48,956 nt of DNA, from positions 11,452,495 to 11,501,450 of the forward strand of contig NC_069000.1 in NCBI RefSeq assembly GCF_001194135.2, given 5' to 3'. Both the position numbers and the translations under genes were made by a program. Positions within the stretch are counted from its first letter, which is position 1. Each line of letters starts with the position of its first letter. The stretch comes from Octopus bimaculoides. Taxonomy: Eukaryota. Shown in pieces: positions 12,066 to 24,067 of the stretch. The notes under the pieces are model-generated. The model was not told the DNA's origin. It made no database searches and was given only the letters and a program-made list of their open reading frames with translations.

Positions 12066-14176
12066 CGATATTTCTGTGCGCGTATGTATTTATGCTTCTA
12101 TGTATGTACGTCTTTATGTATGTATGTATGTATGTATGAATGTATTCTTGTATGTATTTATGTATGTCTGTAACGTTTGCGCGTATGTATTTGTGTGTAT
12201 TTATGTGTAATTGATTTTTTTTTTGCTGTAAGTGTTCGATGCGTACCACATTCTGACCTCTCACTAGTAAATCCAATACTATGACATCGCTGACTCATCT
12301 CCGTTTTATTTCATTCTGTGTCGTAGAAAACCATTTACCAATTAAGCTCCGACAAGCAGTTATATCATCTGTATGTGTGTCAGCGGAATCGACAAACTAT
12401 GTACAAACTCACACGCATACAGTCTAGCTTTCACCTCTACATAACCGTACACATATTCTTCACACCCTCGCATACAAGCACATACACATTTACACTTACT
12501 TAGACAGAAATACGTATTGAAATCTGCTCACACACACACNNNNNNNNNNNNNNNNNNNNNNNNNNNNNNNNNNNNNNNNNNNNNNNNNNNNNNNNNNNNN
12601 NNNNNNNNNNNNNNNNNNNNNNNNNNNNNNNNNNNNNNNNNNNNNNNNNNNNNNNNNNNNNNNNNNNNNNNNNNNNNNNNNNNNNNNNNNNNNNNNNNNN
12701 NNNNNNNNNNNNNNNNNNNNNNNNNNNNNNNNNNNNNNNNNNNNNNNNNNNNNNNNNNNNNNNNNNNNNNNNNNNNNNNNNNNNNNNNNNNNNNNNNNNN
12801 NNNNNNNNNNNNNNNNNNNNNNNNNNNNNNNNNNNNNNNNNNNNNNNNNNNNNNNNNNNNNNNNNNNNNNNNNNNNNNNNNNNNNNNNNNNNNNNNNNNN
12901 NNNNNNNNNNNNNNNNNNNNNNNNNNNNNNNNNNNNNNNNNNNNNNNNNNNNNNNNNNNNNNNNNNNNNNNNNNNNNNNNNNNNNTTATTATTATTATCA
13001 TTATCATTATTGTTGTTGTTGTTATTGTCTCGGCTGTCGTTGTTGTTGTTATTGTTGCTGTTAGTGGTGTTGGTGGTGGTGGTGGTGGTGATGGTGGTGG
13101 TGGTGGTGGCAGTGGCAAAATGACAGTGGTGACGTCACTGATAAAGGTAGTATATCGGTGGCGTAGTGTTGTAACGACGGTTCTGATCTCATCAACGTTG
13201 TTCATACTGTTGTTGTAGCTTAGGCGGTAGTGGCAGGGATGATAATCTGCGGTGACCATACTGGTAAATCTGGTTGTAAAGAGTTATGCGGTAGTAGAGC
13301 AGAGCTTGTAAATAGAAAGGGGGGGGGCTGAGTGGATGACATTTGTTGTACAATTGAGGTCAAGGTGGACTTAGCAGGTGTGTAACGAGATTCTGGTTTC
13401 ATTCAAGACAGGTGGGGGTAAGTAGTTGTGGGTGGTGTCGTGGGTGTTGGCTTAGGTGGGTGGTCATGTTGTTGAGCGATGATACTGGCGGTGGCGGTGG
13501 TGGTGGTGGTGGTGGTGNNNNNNNNNNNNNNNNNNNNNNNNNNNNNNNNNNNNNNNNNNNNNNNNNNNNNNNNNNNNNNNNNNNNNNNNNNNNNNNNNNN
13601 NNNNNNNNNNNNNNNNNNNNNNNNNNNNNNNNNNNNNNNNNNNNNNNNNNNNNNNNNNNNNNNNNNNNNNNNNNNNNNNNNNNNNNNNNNNNNNNNNNNN
13701 NNNNNNNNNNNNNNNNNNNNNNNNNNNNNNNNNNNNNNNNNNNNNNNNNNNNNNNNNNNNNNNNNNNNNNNNNNNNNNNNNNNNNNNNNNNNNNNNNNNN
13801 NNNNNNNNNNNNNNNNNNNNNNNNNNNNNNNNNNNNNNNNNNNNNNNNNNNNNNNNNNNNNNNNNNNNNNNNNNNNNNNNNNNNNNNNNNNNNNNNNNNN
13901 NNNNNNNNNNNNNNNNNNNNNNNNNNNNNNNNNNNNNNNNNNNNNNNNNNNNNNNNNNNNNNNNNNNNNNNNNNNNNNNNNNNNNNNNNNNNNNNNNNNN
14001 NNNNNNNNNNNNNNNNNNNNNNNNNNNNNNNNNNNNNNNNNNNNNNNNNNNNNNNNNNNNNNNNNNNNNNNNNNNNNNNNNNNNNNNNNNNNNNNNNNNN
14101 NNNNNNNNNNNNNNNNNNNNNNNNNNNNNNNNNNNNNNNNNNNNNNNNNNNNNNNNNNNATGTGTGTGTATGTATA

Positions 14177-14436
14177 CGTGGCCTGATCAATAAGTAACCG
14201 GACTGTTACCATAGTAACACAATTAAAGCACGCAGAGTAAAGCCACTTGGCGCAGATTGACCTTTGAGCTCTGGTGTGCGGGCGCACTAAGTTTTAACTT
14301 TCTAACTCACTTCCGCTGTTTACAGCAGTGCTTGGAAGGAAGGTGTGTAGCGTGTAATCGTCGCATTGACCATGACGCTGCGTGCTTTAGCTTTGTTACT
14401 ATGCCAACAGTTCGTATACTTATTGATCAGACCTCG
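14177..14436. mobile_element. 260-bp Tc1/mariner-type MITE
   Basis: 59-bp TIRs with about 10 mismatches (CG(T/A)GG(C/T)CTGATCAATAAGTA...TAAAGCACGCAG); TA on both flanks (14175-76, 14437-38); TA|CGAGG terminus is typical of mariner; no coding capacity. Confidence 0.85.
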
Positions 14437-14454
14437 TATATCTATATGCGTGTG

Positions 14455-14655
14455 TCTTTGTGTCTGTGTTGGTCAGCCACCATCGCTTGACAACCGGTGT
14501 TGGTGTGTTTACCTCATCGTAACTTAGAAGTTCGGCAAAGTACCCGGCTCATAAAGAAAGTACAGAGGTTGATTCGTTCAACTAAAAGTTCTTCAAGGCA
14601 GTGCCCCAGCATGGCCACAGTGTAATTGACTGAAGCAAGTGAAAGACAAAAGGAA
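14455..14655 (+). mobile_element. Family A SINE 3' half
   Basis: CCATCGCTTGACAACCGGTGTTGGTGTGTTTAC...CCCCAGCATGGCCACAG is the reverse complement of the 6704-6913 and 40943-41140 copies. Confidence 0.8.
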
Positions 14656-15303
14656 TTTAAACAAAAACCAGCTCAGTACGATAACTTTTTAAAGGATTAA
14701 TTAAGTGGATAAACGGCAAATCAAATAGCCGTTTTAAGCTCGTATCACTAAGGTCTCCAAGACTGATGAAGGTTACGAAGGAGTTTTCCTCACACCGGAA
14801 AGCTAACCCAAAGACTTGCAATGGTACAGACTTCGCTACAACCACTGCTCAAGGGCAACTATGTAATAATGTTAAAAGGATTAAAAAAACAAAACAAACA
14901 GAATACATGGGACGAGCAGCGGATTACATTGAAAGTAAAAAATAAACCATTTAACAAATACATTATATTGTGTGGCATTTTTAGTTCGTCGTTTCACTGT
15001 CTCTACAACGCCGCTGCTTTCCTTCCGTCTTCATCCTGCTTTTCGCCACGCCACGCACCTGATGACACAATGGTGAAGAAATCGAAAAATAGATGCCGTG
15101 CTGATCAAGGTTAAAGTTCGAATATCGATGTTGTCGAAACAGCTGTAAGAAATCGGTTCAGAATGTTGTCATTTGTGATGCAAATTTATATTGAACGACA
15201 ATAACAACAACAACAACGACGACGTCGACAGGAACGACAACCAACAGCAACATAATAATGATAGTAACAAATATGATGACGACGATGCCGCTGCTACCAC
15301 TGC

Positions 15304-15338
<35 letters not shown>

Positions 15339-15389
15339 CTGATGACGACAATGACGATGATAATAATATCAATAGAAATAATAACGACA

Positions 15390-15445
<56 letters not shown>

Positions 15446-16218
15446 NNNNNNNNNNNNNNNNNNNNNNNNNNNNNNNNNNNNNNNNNNNNNNNNNNNNNNN
15501 NNNNNNNNNNNNNNNNNNNNNNNNNNNNNNNNNNNNNNNNNNNNNNNNNNNNNNNNNNNNNNNNNNNNNNNNNNNNNNNNNNNNNNNNNNNNNNNNNNNN
15601 NNNNNNNNNNNNNNNNNNNNNNNNNNNNNNNNNNNNNNNNNNNNNNNNNNNNNNNNNNNNNNNNNNNNNNNNNNNNNNNNNNNNNNNNNNNNNNNNNNNN
15701 NNNNNNNNNNNNNNNNNNNNNNNNNNNNNNNNNNNNNNNNNNNNNNNNNNNNNNNNNNNNNNNNNNNNNNNNNNNNNNNNNNNNNNNNNNNNNNNNNNNN
15801 NNNNNNNNNNNNNNNNNNNNNNNNNNNNNNNNNNNNNNNNNNNNNNNNNNNNNNNNNNNNNNNNNNNNNNNNNNNNNNNNNNNNNNNNNNNNNNNNNNNN
15901 NNNNNNNNNNNNNNNNNNNNNNNNNNNNNNNNNNNNNNNNNNNNNNNNNNNNNNNNNNNNNNNNNNNNNNNNNNNNNNNNNNNNNNNNNNNNNNNNNNNN
16001 NNNNNNNNNNNNNNNNNNNNNNNNNNNNNNNNNNNNNNNNNNNNNNNNNNNNNNNNNNNNNNNNNNNNNNNNNNNNNNNNNNNNNNNNNNNNNNNNNNNN
16101 NNNNNNNNNNNNNNNNNNNNNNNNNNNNNNNNNNNNNNNNNNNNNNNNNNNNNNNNNNNNNNNNNNNNNNNNNNNNNNNNCACCACCACCACCACTACTA
16201 CTACTACTACAATTGTAC

Positions 16219-16288
<70 letters not shown>

Positions 16289-16784
16289 AATACCACCGCA
16301 ACTACCACTGCAACTACCACTGCTACTATCTTTACCATCCCCACCACCGCGCCAGCAATAATAGGAAAACCATCACTACCATCAACAACAACAACAGCAA
16401 CAACCAATGCCGGTACCACCACCGACTGCACCAATACGACCTCTAATGGCAACACCACAAACACCATCGCCACCGCTACCGCCAACACCAACACCAACAT
16501 CATCTCCACAATCTTCGCCACCACCATCATCTACAACACTGTCACAGCATCTCTAACACCACCGCCAACACCAACATCTGCACTGAAGCCATCACCACCA
16601 ACGCTAACATCATCACTATCAAAAGAAAAAGAGCAATAGCAACGAAGCCTTCAGCATCAACCTCGATGCTGTTCTTCAAATTGCTAGAAAAAACAGTCAA
16701 ACCTTCCGCAAATCACATACTGCCGTCTTAAATATAAAAAGGACATATTAGATACTATGTATGGGAGAATTCACGAAGAAACAA

Positions 16785-16888
16785 CAGACGAAGACAGGCA
16801 GTGTAAACAACAAATGGATGTATTAGTATAACGCTCGGGAATAGAGAAAGTTTTTAACATTTCGAGCCTACGCTCTTCAACAGAAAGG
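16785..16888 (-). mobile_element. Second copy of the repeat with a hammerhead-like motif
   Basis: Minus strand reads CCTTT-CTGTTGA-A-GAGC-gtag-GCTC-GAAA-TGTTAAAAAC and aligns with 941-1035. Confidence 0.65.
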
Positions 16889-17069
16889 AACACAGAAAAA
16901 AACAAGGAAAGAAAAAAATATATATATGTAGTGGTCAGATATTAGATACTATGCATACACATGTTGTATATATGTGTGTGTGCGCGTGCGTGCGAAGTGT
17001 GTGTTTGGGAGGTGTGCATTTCGTCTGAGTTCGCTACGACGTCGTTGATTCCGTTGTTTGAGCAACGAG

Positions 17070-17183
17070 GAGAAATTTCAAGACCGAAGGACAGTCGATC
17101 AATTCCAGCTGGAACTGCGAAACCGATTCTGAACTCTCACAGACGTAGACGAGGTCGACATCGACGGCTGTTTTAGGAAGTTT
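17070..17183 (+). pseudogene. Decayed LINE ORF2 fragment (endonuclease-RT linker, RTE-like)
   Basis: One frame reads EKFQDRRTVDQFQLELRNRF*TLTDVDEVDIDGCFRKF, resembling the F-x-LELRNRF-x-L linker motif of RTE-clade LINEs (recognition from memory). Confidence 0.6.
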
Positions 17184-17373
17184 TGATCATATCGTTATTT
17201 TTGTTATATTTTAACAAAACTGTCCGACTTACAGCTTGTATTATATTTCTGCTGCTTTTAAATAAAGTATATACATATATATATACATATATATAAGTGT
17301 GCGATTTTGAATTTTTCAATTTCATTATCTATCTATCTACCTATCTATCTCTCTATTTCTCTCCCCCCCCCTC

Positions 17374-17411
<38 letters not shown>

Positions 17412-17754
17412 NNNNNNNNNNNNNNNNNNNNNNNNNNNNNNNNNNNNNNNNNNNNNNNNNNNNNNNNNNNNNNNNNNNNNNNNNNNNNNNNNNNNNNNNN
17501 NNNNNNNNNNNNNNNNNNNNNNNNNNNNNNNNNNNNNNNNNNNNNNNNNNNNNNNNNNNNNNNNNNNNNNNNNNNNNNNNNNNNNNNNNNNNNNTTATAT
17601 TGTATATTGTATATCATATTATATATTGTATATTCCATATTCTATATCCCACATTGGTTCTGCAGGAATATAAATAAAACATAAAAAACAGACAGTATTG
17701 GAACTCTATACACAATCATACAAAAAAACCACCTTTTTTGTATTTATTTTTACT

Positions 17755-17799
<45 letters not shown>

Positions 17800-18253
17800 A
17801 AAGAGTGAAGTGATAGTTAAGAAAGTGAGTGTGTGAGGCTAAAATTGGACGTAAATTTAATAGAGAGGAAAAGATAGGTGAAGAAAGAGAAAGGCAAGAA
17901 AATGAAAAAAAACAACCCCAAAACGTCTAGTAAAATGACTTCATTTGTCGTACAAGCACAAGCTGTACACGGTCAGTAGAGATGACAGCATTGTAGTATA
18001 GATAAGGGTATGGTGCGGTGGTATATTGCAGTGGTCCCAGGGAGTGCGTCGGGGGTAGGGGCCACTATGTCTGCTGTGGTGTCGTCCACTTGTGATTGTC
18101 ATTGATTCGATGTCATTATACAATTACATGACCATATCTGACGGAACACGCTTTGGATTTCCTGTTCCTTATTCTGTATCAGTTTTGTCTTGAGACACGA
18201 TGACGCTGGGTAGAGGCCAGCCGTTGTGCTTGCTCCACTGTACGCACCCACTC

Positions 18254-18289
<36 letters not shown>

Positions 18290-18367
18290 AGAGTAAGAAG
18301 AAAAGAGAGAGGGGAGGTAGATAGATAGGTTGATATACACATATATATATATACGTATATATGTATA

Positions 18368-18433
<66 letters not shown>

Positions 18434-18624
18434 CTATGTATGCATGTACATATGNNNNNNNNNNNNNNNNNNNNNNNNNNNNNNNNNNNNNNNNNNNNNN
18501 NNNNNNNNNNNNNNNNNNNNNNNNNNNNNNNNNNNNNNNNNNNNNNNNNNNNNNNNNNNNNNNNNNNNNNNNNNNATATGTTATATATATGTGTGCGCAC
18601 GCATGCGTACGAAATGTGTCTGAG

Positions 18625-18664
<40 letters not shown>

Positions 18665-19261
18665 TATGTGTGTGTGTGTGTGCGTGAGTGCCTGTGTGTG
18701 TGAATTTCGTTTGAGTTTGTTACGATGTTGATTCCGTCATTTGCGCACCAAGGTGGCCCCATTCGAGCAGGGCAATCTGCGAGGAAAGGTGATCCGATCA
18801 TAGCTTTCTCGTAATTTACTTTCAACCCTGGTGTTCTGGGGACTACACTGACCAATGTGTCCTTCCTTCTTTTAAAATTTGATATAGATTTGTCAGTAAT
18901 TTCTATAACATTTATTCTTTACTTAAAATTTCAGGGAAAAATGTCAGCTACTTTTTGCCATTTCGTGCGACCACGTACACATCTCCTTATTGGTCCCAGT
19001 CTACGAGTGTTTAAGTAAGCCATCGGTGTTGCTCGTTACTAGTTTATTCCTAACCGATCTCATCTCACAACAGAATCACGAAGTATATTTCGTCAGAAAA
19101 TGTTCTCTAATAAGATTGACATAAAGTGTTTCGGGATATGAAGATGCATGGCATGGCCGTACCGTTAACAAATCCCTTTTGTAGCTTCAAGGTTTTGATT
19201 TCGATACCGGTGACTGGCTACATGAGCATGCGTTCTTCACTTTCCTTTGGTTATATCTTTA

Positions 19262-19400
19262 GGCGCAGGTGTGGTTGTATGGGAAGAAGCTTGCTTCCCA
19301 ACCACATGGCGTCAGGTTTAGTCTCACTGCGTGGCACGTTGAGCAAGTGTCTTCTACTACAGCCTTGGGCCGATCGAAGCCTTGTCAGGGGATCTGGTGT
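19262..19400 (+). mobile_element. tRNA-headed SINE 5' half (family B), followed by (GT)n
   Basis: GTGTGGTTGTATGGGAAGAAG head and GAGCAAGTGTCTTCTACTACAGCCTTGGGCCGA core; reverse complement of 41230-41356. Confidence 0.75.
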
Positions 19401-20364
19401 ATATGTGTGTGTGTATCTGTGTGTGTGTGTGTGTGTGTGTGTTTCCTTAGACCTTTACCTTCTTGACTGACACACAAATACTCTATCGTGATATAACGGC
19501 GTGACTTTGACATTTTCTAAACCTTCCAAAAAGAGGAACAAACGGAGACACACGAAGACGAAGTAAAGTTGGCAAAAGAGAAGAGCACACTCTTGTAAAG
19601 GACTGGTACTTTATTTATCGACTCCCAAAAGGATGACAGGTAAGTTGGATCTAAGTGTGATTTGAACTCAAAATACAGCGAAGCGGGAGCAATTACAACA
19701 AAGCGGACATGAATTTGTGAAAGACATATTCGAGCCAGATGCCCGGTCTGAGGATAATTTCGTTTTCGCCATTGGAGGAGGTCCTTGAAAAGTCATGGGC
19801 ACTGCTTCTATTTCTCTGACATAGTAACACAACAAGTCTACCGGAGACAACATCCTGAATGTTTCGGCCTTGTTATGACATCATTAGCGAAGCACAGACT
19901 TCACCGTATTGCCATTGCTGCTGCGGAAAATCGCTAAGTAAATCTAGAAATTTGTACATACGTTAGCTGAGAAAACTAAAACTCTTTAAATAACGAATTA
20001 CACTCACGGAATAATTATTTCCAGTTAAACTTTCCTAATGCTGTTTGCATTAAATATCTTAACACGAACTTAAGTATTTAATGTATGTAGTTTTACCACA
20101 CCACAGCATTTGACATCGAAGAAATTCCATTTGAGAAAATACGATCAAATATCTGAACTAATTGAAGATAAATAAACAGTGAAAATGGGTAGATAAAGGC
20201 TGGTATGCCTGCATCTCGGTCTGACATGGAATTCGCAAATCATTTCATTGATATACTTACGAGCGAGTCAACAACGTAGCTTATGCAGGGTGGTTCAGGC
20301 TACTAGACATGGTAGCTATGTTTCTTCGAAATAACATCCTATAGTCTAATGGACGGTGCTTATT

Positions 20365-20480
20365 TTATCGAGATTGAAAGGACAAAATTCAAAGTCGACC
20401 TCAGCGGAATTTGAACTCAGAACTTAAAGACGGACGAAATATCACTAAGCATTTTGACCGGCGTGCAAACAGTTCTGCAC
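20365..20480 (-). mobile_element. Family G SINE fragment
   Basis: AAAGTCGACCTCAGCGGAATTTGAACTCAGAAC...CTAAGCATTTTGACCGGCGTGC matches 9350-9620. Confidence 0.85.
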
Positions 20481-20492
20481 TACTACTACTAC

Positions 20493-20552
<60 letters not shown>

Positions 20553-20599
20553 TAATAATAATAATGATAATAATAATGATGATGATAATAATGATGATG

Positions 20600-20651
<52 letters not shown>

Positions 20652-20684
20652 TAATAATGATAATAATAATAATAATAATAATAA
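20481..20684. repeat. (TAC)n grading into a long (AAT)n/(GAT)n microsatellite
   Basis: Direct reading. Confidence 0.95.
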
Positions 20685-20869
20685 CGTTGAAGATGATAAC
20701 GATGGAATCGCCCGTCGAAGACGCCGTATGAGCGTCCAGCTTTTGCTGATCGACCTGCACAAATGATTCGCCTATAGTGATCAAATGTTCGTGCCGGACA
20801 TCAGCTCACTCTCTCTCCATCAAATCAACGTTGTCTGAACAGGTGCCATCAAATTATACCGTAATGTTT

Positions 20870-21003
20870 AGGAGAGAAAAAGGAGGAAACATTGGATAAA
20901 TATCCGAACAAATAATTGGGGTTTATGGCCGGTATGTTTTCGATCATAAGTTTGCTTGGTCAGGACTGACCTAGGCTTAAACAGTAAAAAATGAACAACA
21001 ACT
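20870..21003 (+). mobile_element. Family C repeat copy
   Basis: GATCATAAGTTTGCTTGGTCAGGACTGACCTAGGCTTAAACA followed by a CAA-type tail; similar to 47760-47925. Confidence 0.5.
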
Positions 21004-21293
21004 GTTTTCAAGATATATCCCAGCTTCAACAGGACACTGTTAGCCAGATATAACAAGTCGTTGAGGTGTGCAGTTTACAGACATAATCCTGTGTTAAGGT
21101 ACAGGGTTTGGTCGACAGAGTTAACGTGAAATGAACGCCTATTTGTCAAACGGAAGGATAAATAGAGCAAAAATAAAAACACGGTTAAATGAAAAACAAA
21201 AATGTCTTCCAAAATCTGAATGAACGACAAAAAAAAAAAAAATCATAAGTAACAAGCAGAACAAAAATGAAACAAAAATGAATGCCTCATCAC

Positions 21294-21366
21294 TTCCCGC
21301 CAATTTCTCCGGAAGAGGCCATCATCTTAAAACAATGTATTTCCGACATAGACGTCACAGGTAAGT
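21294..21366 (+). promoter_or_regulatory. Possible promoter or first-exon end: E2F-like, ETS-like and CRE-like motifs followed by a consensus 5' splice site
   Basis: TTCCCGCCAA (21294-303), CCGGAAG (21309-15), GACGTCA (21351-57) and CAG|GTAAGT (21360/21361). Motif co-occurrence only. Confidence 0.25.
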
Positions 21367-21476
21367 CAAGAAGCTACAATCTACAACTTTTGTCTTCCTT
21401 CCTTGCCTTCTCCTCCGTTGGTTCCTCCACCACCACCACATTACATCGTTCGAGTCGACAACTGAACACAGACAAT

Positions 21477-21514
<38 letters not shown>

Positions 21515-21751
21515 TGCAGACACACGCACAGTCGCACTACACACCATTGTACACCATGTATGTATATGCAGTCTTCTTGGGAACCAAACTCTCGGCTTAC
21601 CGCAGTCATATTTCCTATGTGGGTTACTGTGTAGGGTCATAAACCAGCCCTCCCACACATTGTCTGTGTCATTTGCCATTCGCTAGACAGACATTGCAAT
21701 CCAACTGGTGTGTCTGTATGTTTGTCTGTCCGTCTGTTTATCTATCCATCC

Positions 21752-21825
<74 letters not shown>

Positions 21826-22124
21826 ATGTATATATGCATGTATGTACGTATAGGTTAAAATAGTGAGGAAAGGCAAAAGATTAGGAAAGACTTATAAGGA
21901 CATTTAATTTAATTTAATTGAATTTAATCCAATTTTGCTACTTAACGAATGGCAAAAAGAAAAAGGAGGCCGTTTTAAAGTAATCACATCACCACAACTT
22001 CAACTGCTGTTGGAAGTGGAATTTTGGTAGCGCACCTATTGGAGTATCCAGAACTTTTACCTATAAGTTCGAGTCATCCCCACGAAAACTCCGCATATCC
22101 TTTATATATATGTGTATGTGTGTG

Positions 22125-22159
<35 letters not shown>

Positions 22160-23035
22160 ATATATATAAGTATATATTTACCTCTCTAGTGTGTGTATGA
22201 TGGTATCTATCTATCTATCTATCTATTTAGCTACCTCTATCCTTTCCAAAATCTATGATTCGATCGATCCCAAATGAATCAGCCACTCTTCCTAATCTCT
22301 CCTCCCTAACCCTACCTGCCTACTTGCCTCCCTTCTCAACCTACGTGGCTTCCTATTTACCACCCCACCTCCTACATCCCTACCTATCTACCTTGTCTAC
22401 ATACTTACCTCTCAGTCTTCTTGCCTACCTATAAAAACTACCTATCTACCAACCTTCCTTCCTTCCTACCTACCTACCTACTTACCTACCTACCTACTTA
22501 CCTACCTACCTACCTTCATACAACACTACCTAATTACCCACCTGACTACCTACCCATCCACCCACCTACCTATCTACCTACAACAGTGCATTGTGTATGC
22601 ATGCGTGTGAATGTACGTCCATGCTCATGTGTGAGAGCGTGTGTGTGTGCGTGTGGTTGTATCAGGCATGTCAAAGTAACAAACTTTAGACCAAGCATCG
22701 TTGTTTCGCATTGTCACAACGCTGTATAAAAGTGTCATGTTTCTAGAGTAAATATTTGCTCAGTACTTTCAGGGAAACACAACTAATTATAGCTCATTTA
22801 ATACTGTTCAATGGACGTATATGGCTGAGGGGTTAAGATGCCCTGCGCGCAATTGCTAGATCCTTAGTTCGATTTTCATTGCAAAATTTTAAAGGGTGGA
22901 ACAGCAGATGTGTTAGAGCATCCGATATATCATAAATGTTTCACAATATGGCAGTCGGTTAACAAATTTTAGTGGGAGGGAGTTACTCGATTTTATCGAT
23001 CTCACTCTTCTATTCTTTTACTTGTTTCAGTCATA

Positions 23036-23122
23036 TGCAACCGAGGAGAGCGGTTTATTTCAAATTGATGTATTGTTTACATTGATCGATTAAATGGAGC
23101 TGCTTGAAACGGCCGTAATGCA
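23036..23122 (+). ncRNA. Degenerate type I hammerhead ribozyme
   Basis: Core CCGAGGA (U4>C). Stem II GAGCGGTT (23048-55) / AGCTGCTT (23098-105), 8 pairs including 3 G-U. GAAA-C-[GGCC]-G-T-A. Stem I TGCA(A) / (A)TGCA with the core-proximal pair mismatched. Confidence 0.6.
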
Positions 23123-23156
23123 CTGATACCTAGACATCATTGTTACTTATTTGCTT

Positions 23157-23198
<42 letters not shown>

Positions 23199-24000
23199 CA
23201 TACATACATATGTACATACATACNNNNNNNNNNNNNNNNNNNNNNNNNNNNNNNNNNNNNNNNNNNNNNNNNNNNNNNNNNNNNNNNNNNNNNNNNNNNN
23301 NNNNNNNNNNNNNNNNNNNNNNNNNNNNNNNNNNNNNNNNNNNNNNNNNNNNNNNNNNNNNNNNNNNNNNNNNNNNNNNNNNNNNNNNNNNNNNNNNNNN
23401 NNNNNNNNNNNNNNNNNNNNNNNNNNNNNNNNNNNNNNNNNNNNNNNNNNNNNNNNNNNNNNNNNNNNNNNNNNNNNNNNNNNNNNNNNNNNNNNNNNNN
23501 NNNNNNNNNNNNNNNNNNNNNNNNNNNNNNNNNNNNNNNNNNNNNNNNNNNNNNNNNNNNNNNNNNNNNNNNNNNNNNNNNNNNNNNNNNNNNNNNNNNN
23601 NNNNNNNNNNNNNNNNNNNNNNNNNNNNNNNNNNNNNNNNNNNNNNNNNNNNNNNNNNNNNNNNNNNNNNNNNNNNNNNNNNNNNNNNNNNNNNNNNNNN
23701 NNNNNNNNNNNNNNNNNNNNNNNNNNNNNNNNNNNNNNNNNNNNNNNNNNNNNNNNNNNNNNNNNNNNNNNNNNNNNNNNNNNNNNNNNNNNNNNNNNNN
23801 NNNNNNNNNNNNNNNNNNNNNNNNNNNNNNNNNNNNNNNNNNNNNNNNNNNNNNNNNNNNNNNNNNNNNNNNNNNNNNNNNNNNNNNNNNNNNNNNNNNN
23901 NNNNNNNNNNNNNNNNNNNNNNNNNNNNNNNNNNNNNNNNNNNNNNTATATATATATATTTACACATACAAATATACCCATATATGTATGGACAAATATT

Positions 24001-24067
<67 letters not shown>

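Noticed and set aside
13220-13402. 60-aa P/S/T-rich minus-strand ORF as an exon
   Set aside because: It is embedded in decayed ACC/AAC triplet sequence with stops in adjacent phases and no recognisable domain.
14763-14806. CTGATGA...GGAAAGCTA as a hammerhead
   Set aside because: No stem I pairing and no proper closing pair for stem II.
17941-18256. GC-richer island as a coding exon
   Set aside because: All frames are interrupted by stops within about 60 codons, and there is no recognisable motif or splice pair.
19851-19890. Minus-strand CTAATGA-TGTC...GGCC-GAAACATTC hammerhead-like motif
   Set aside because: The G5 change, broken stem II and stem III, and lack of stem I make it too degenerate to support.
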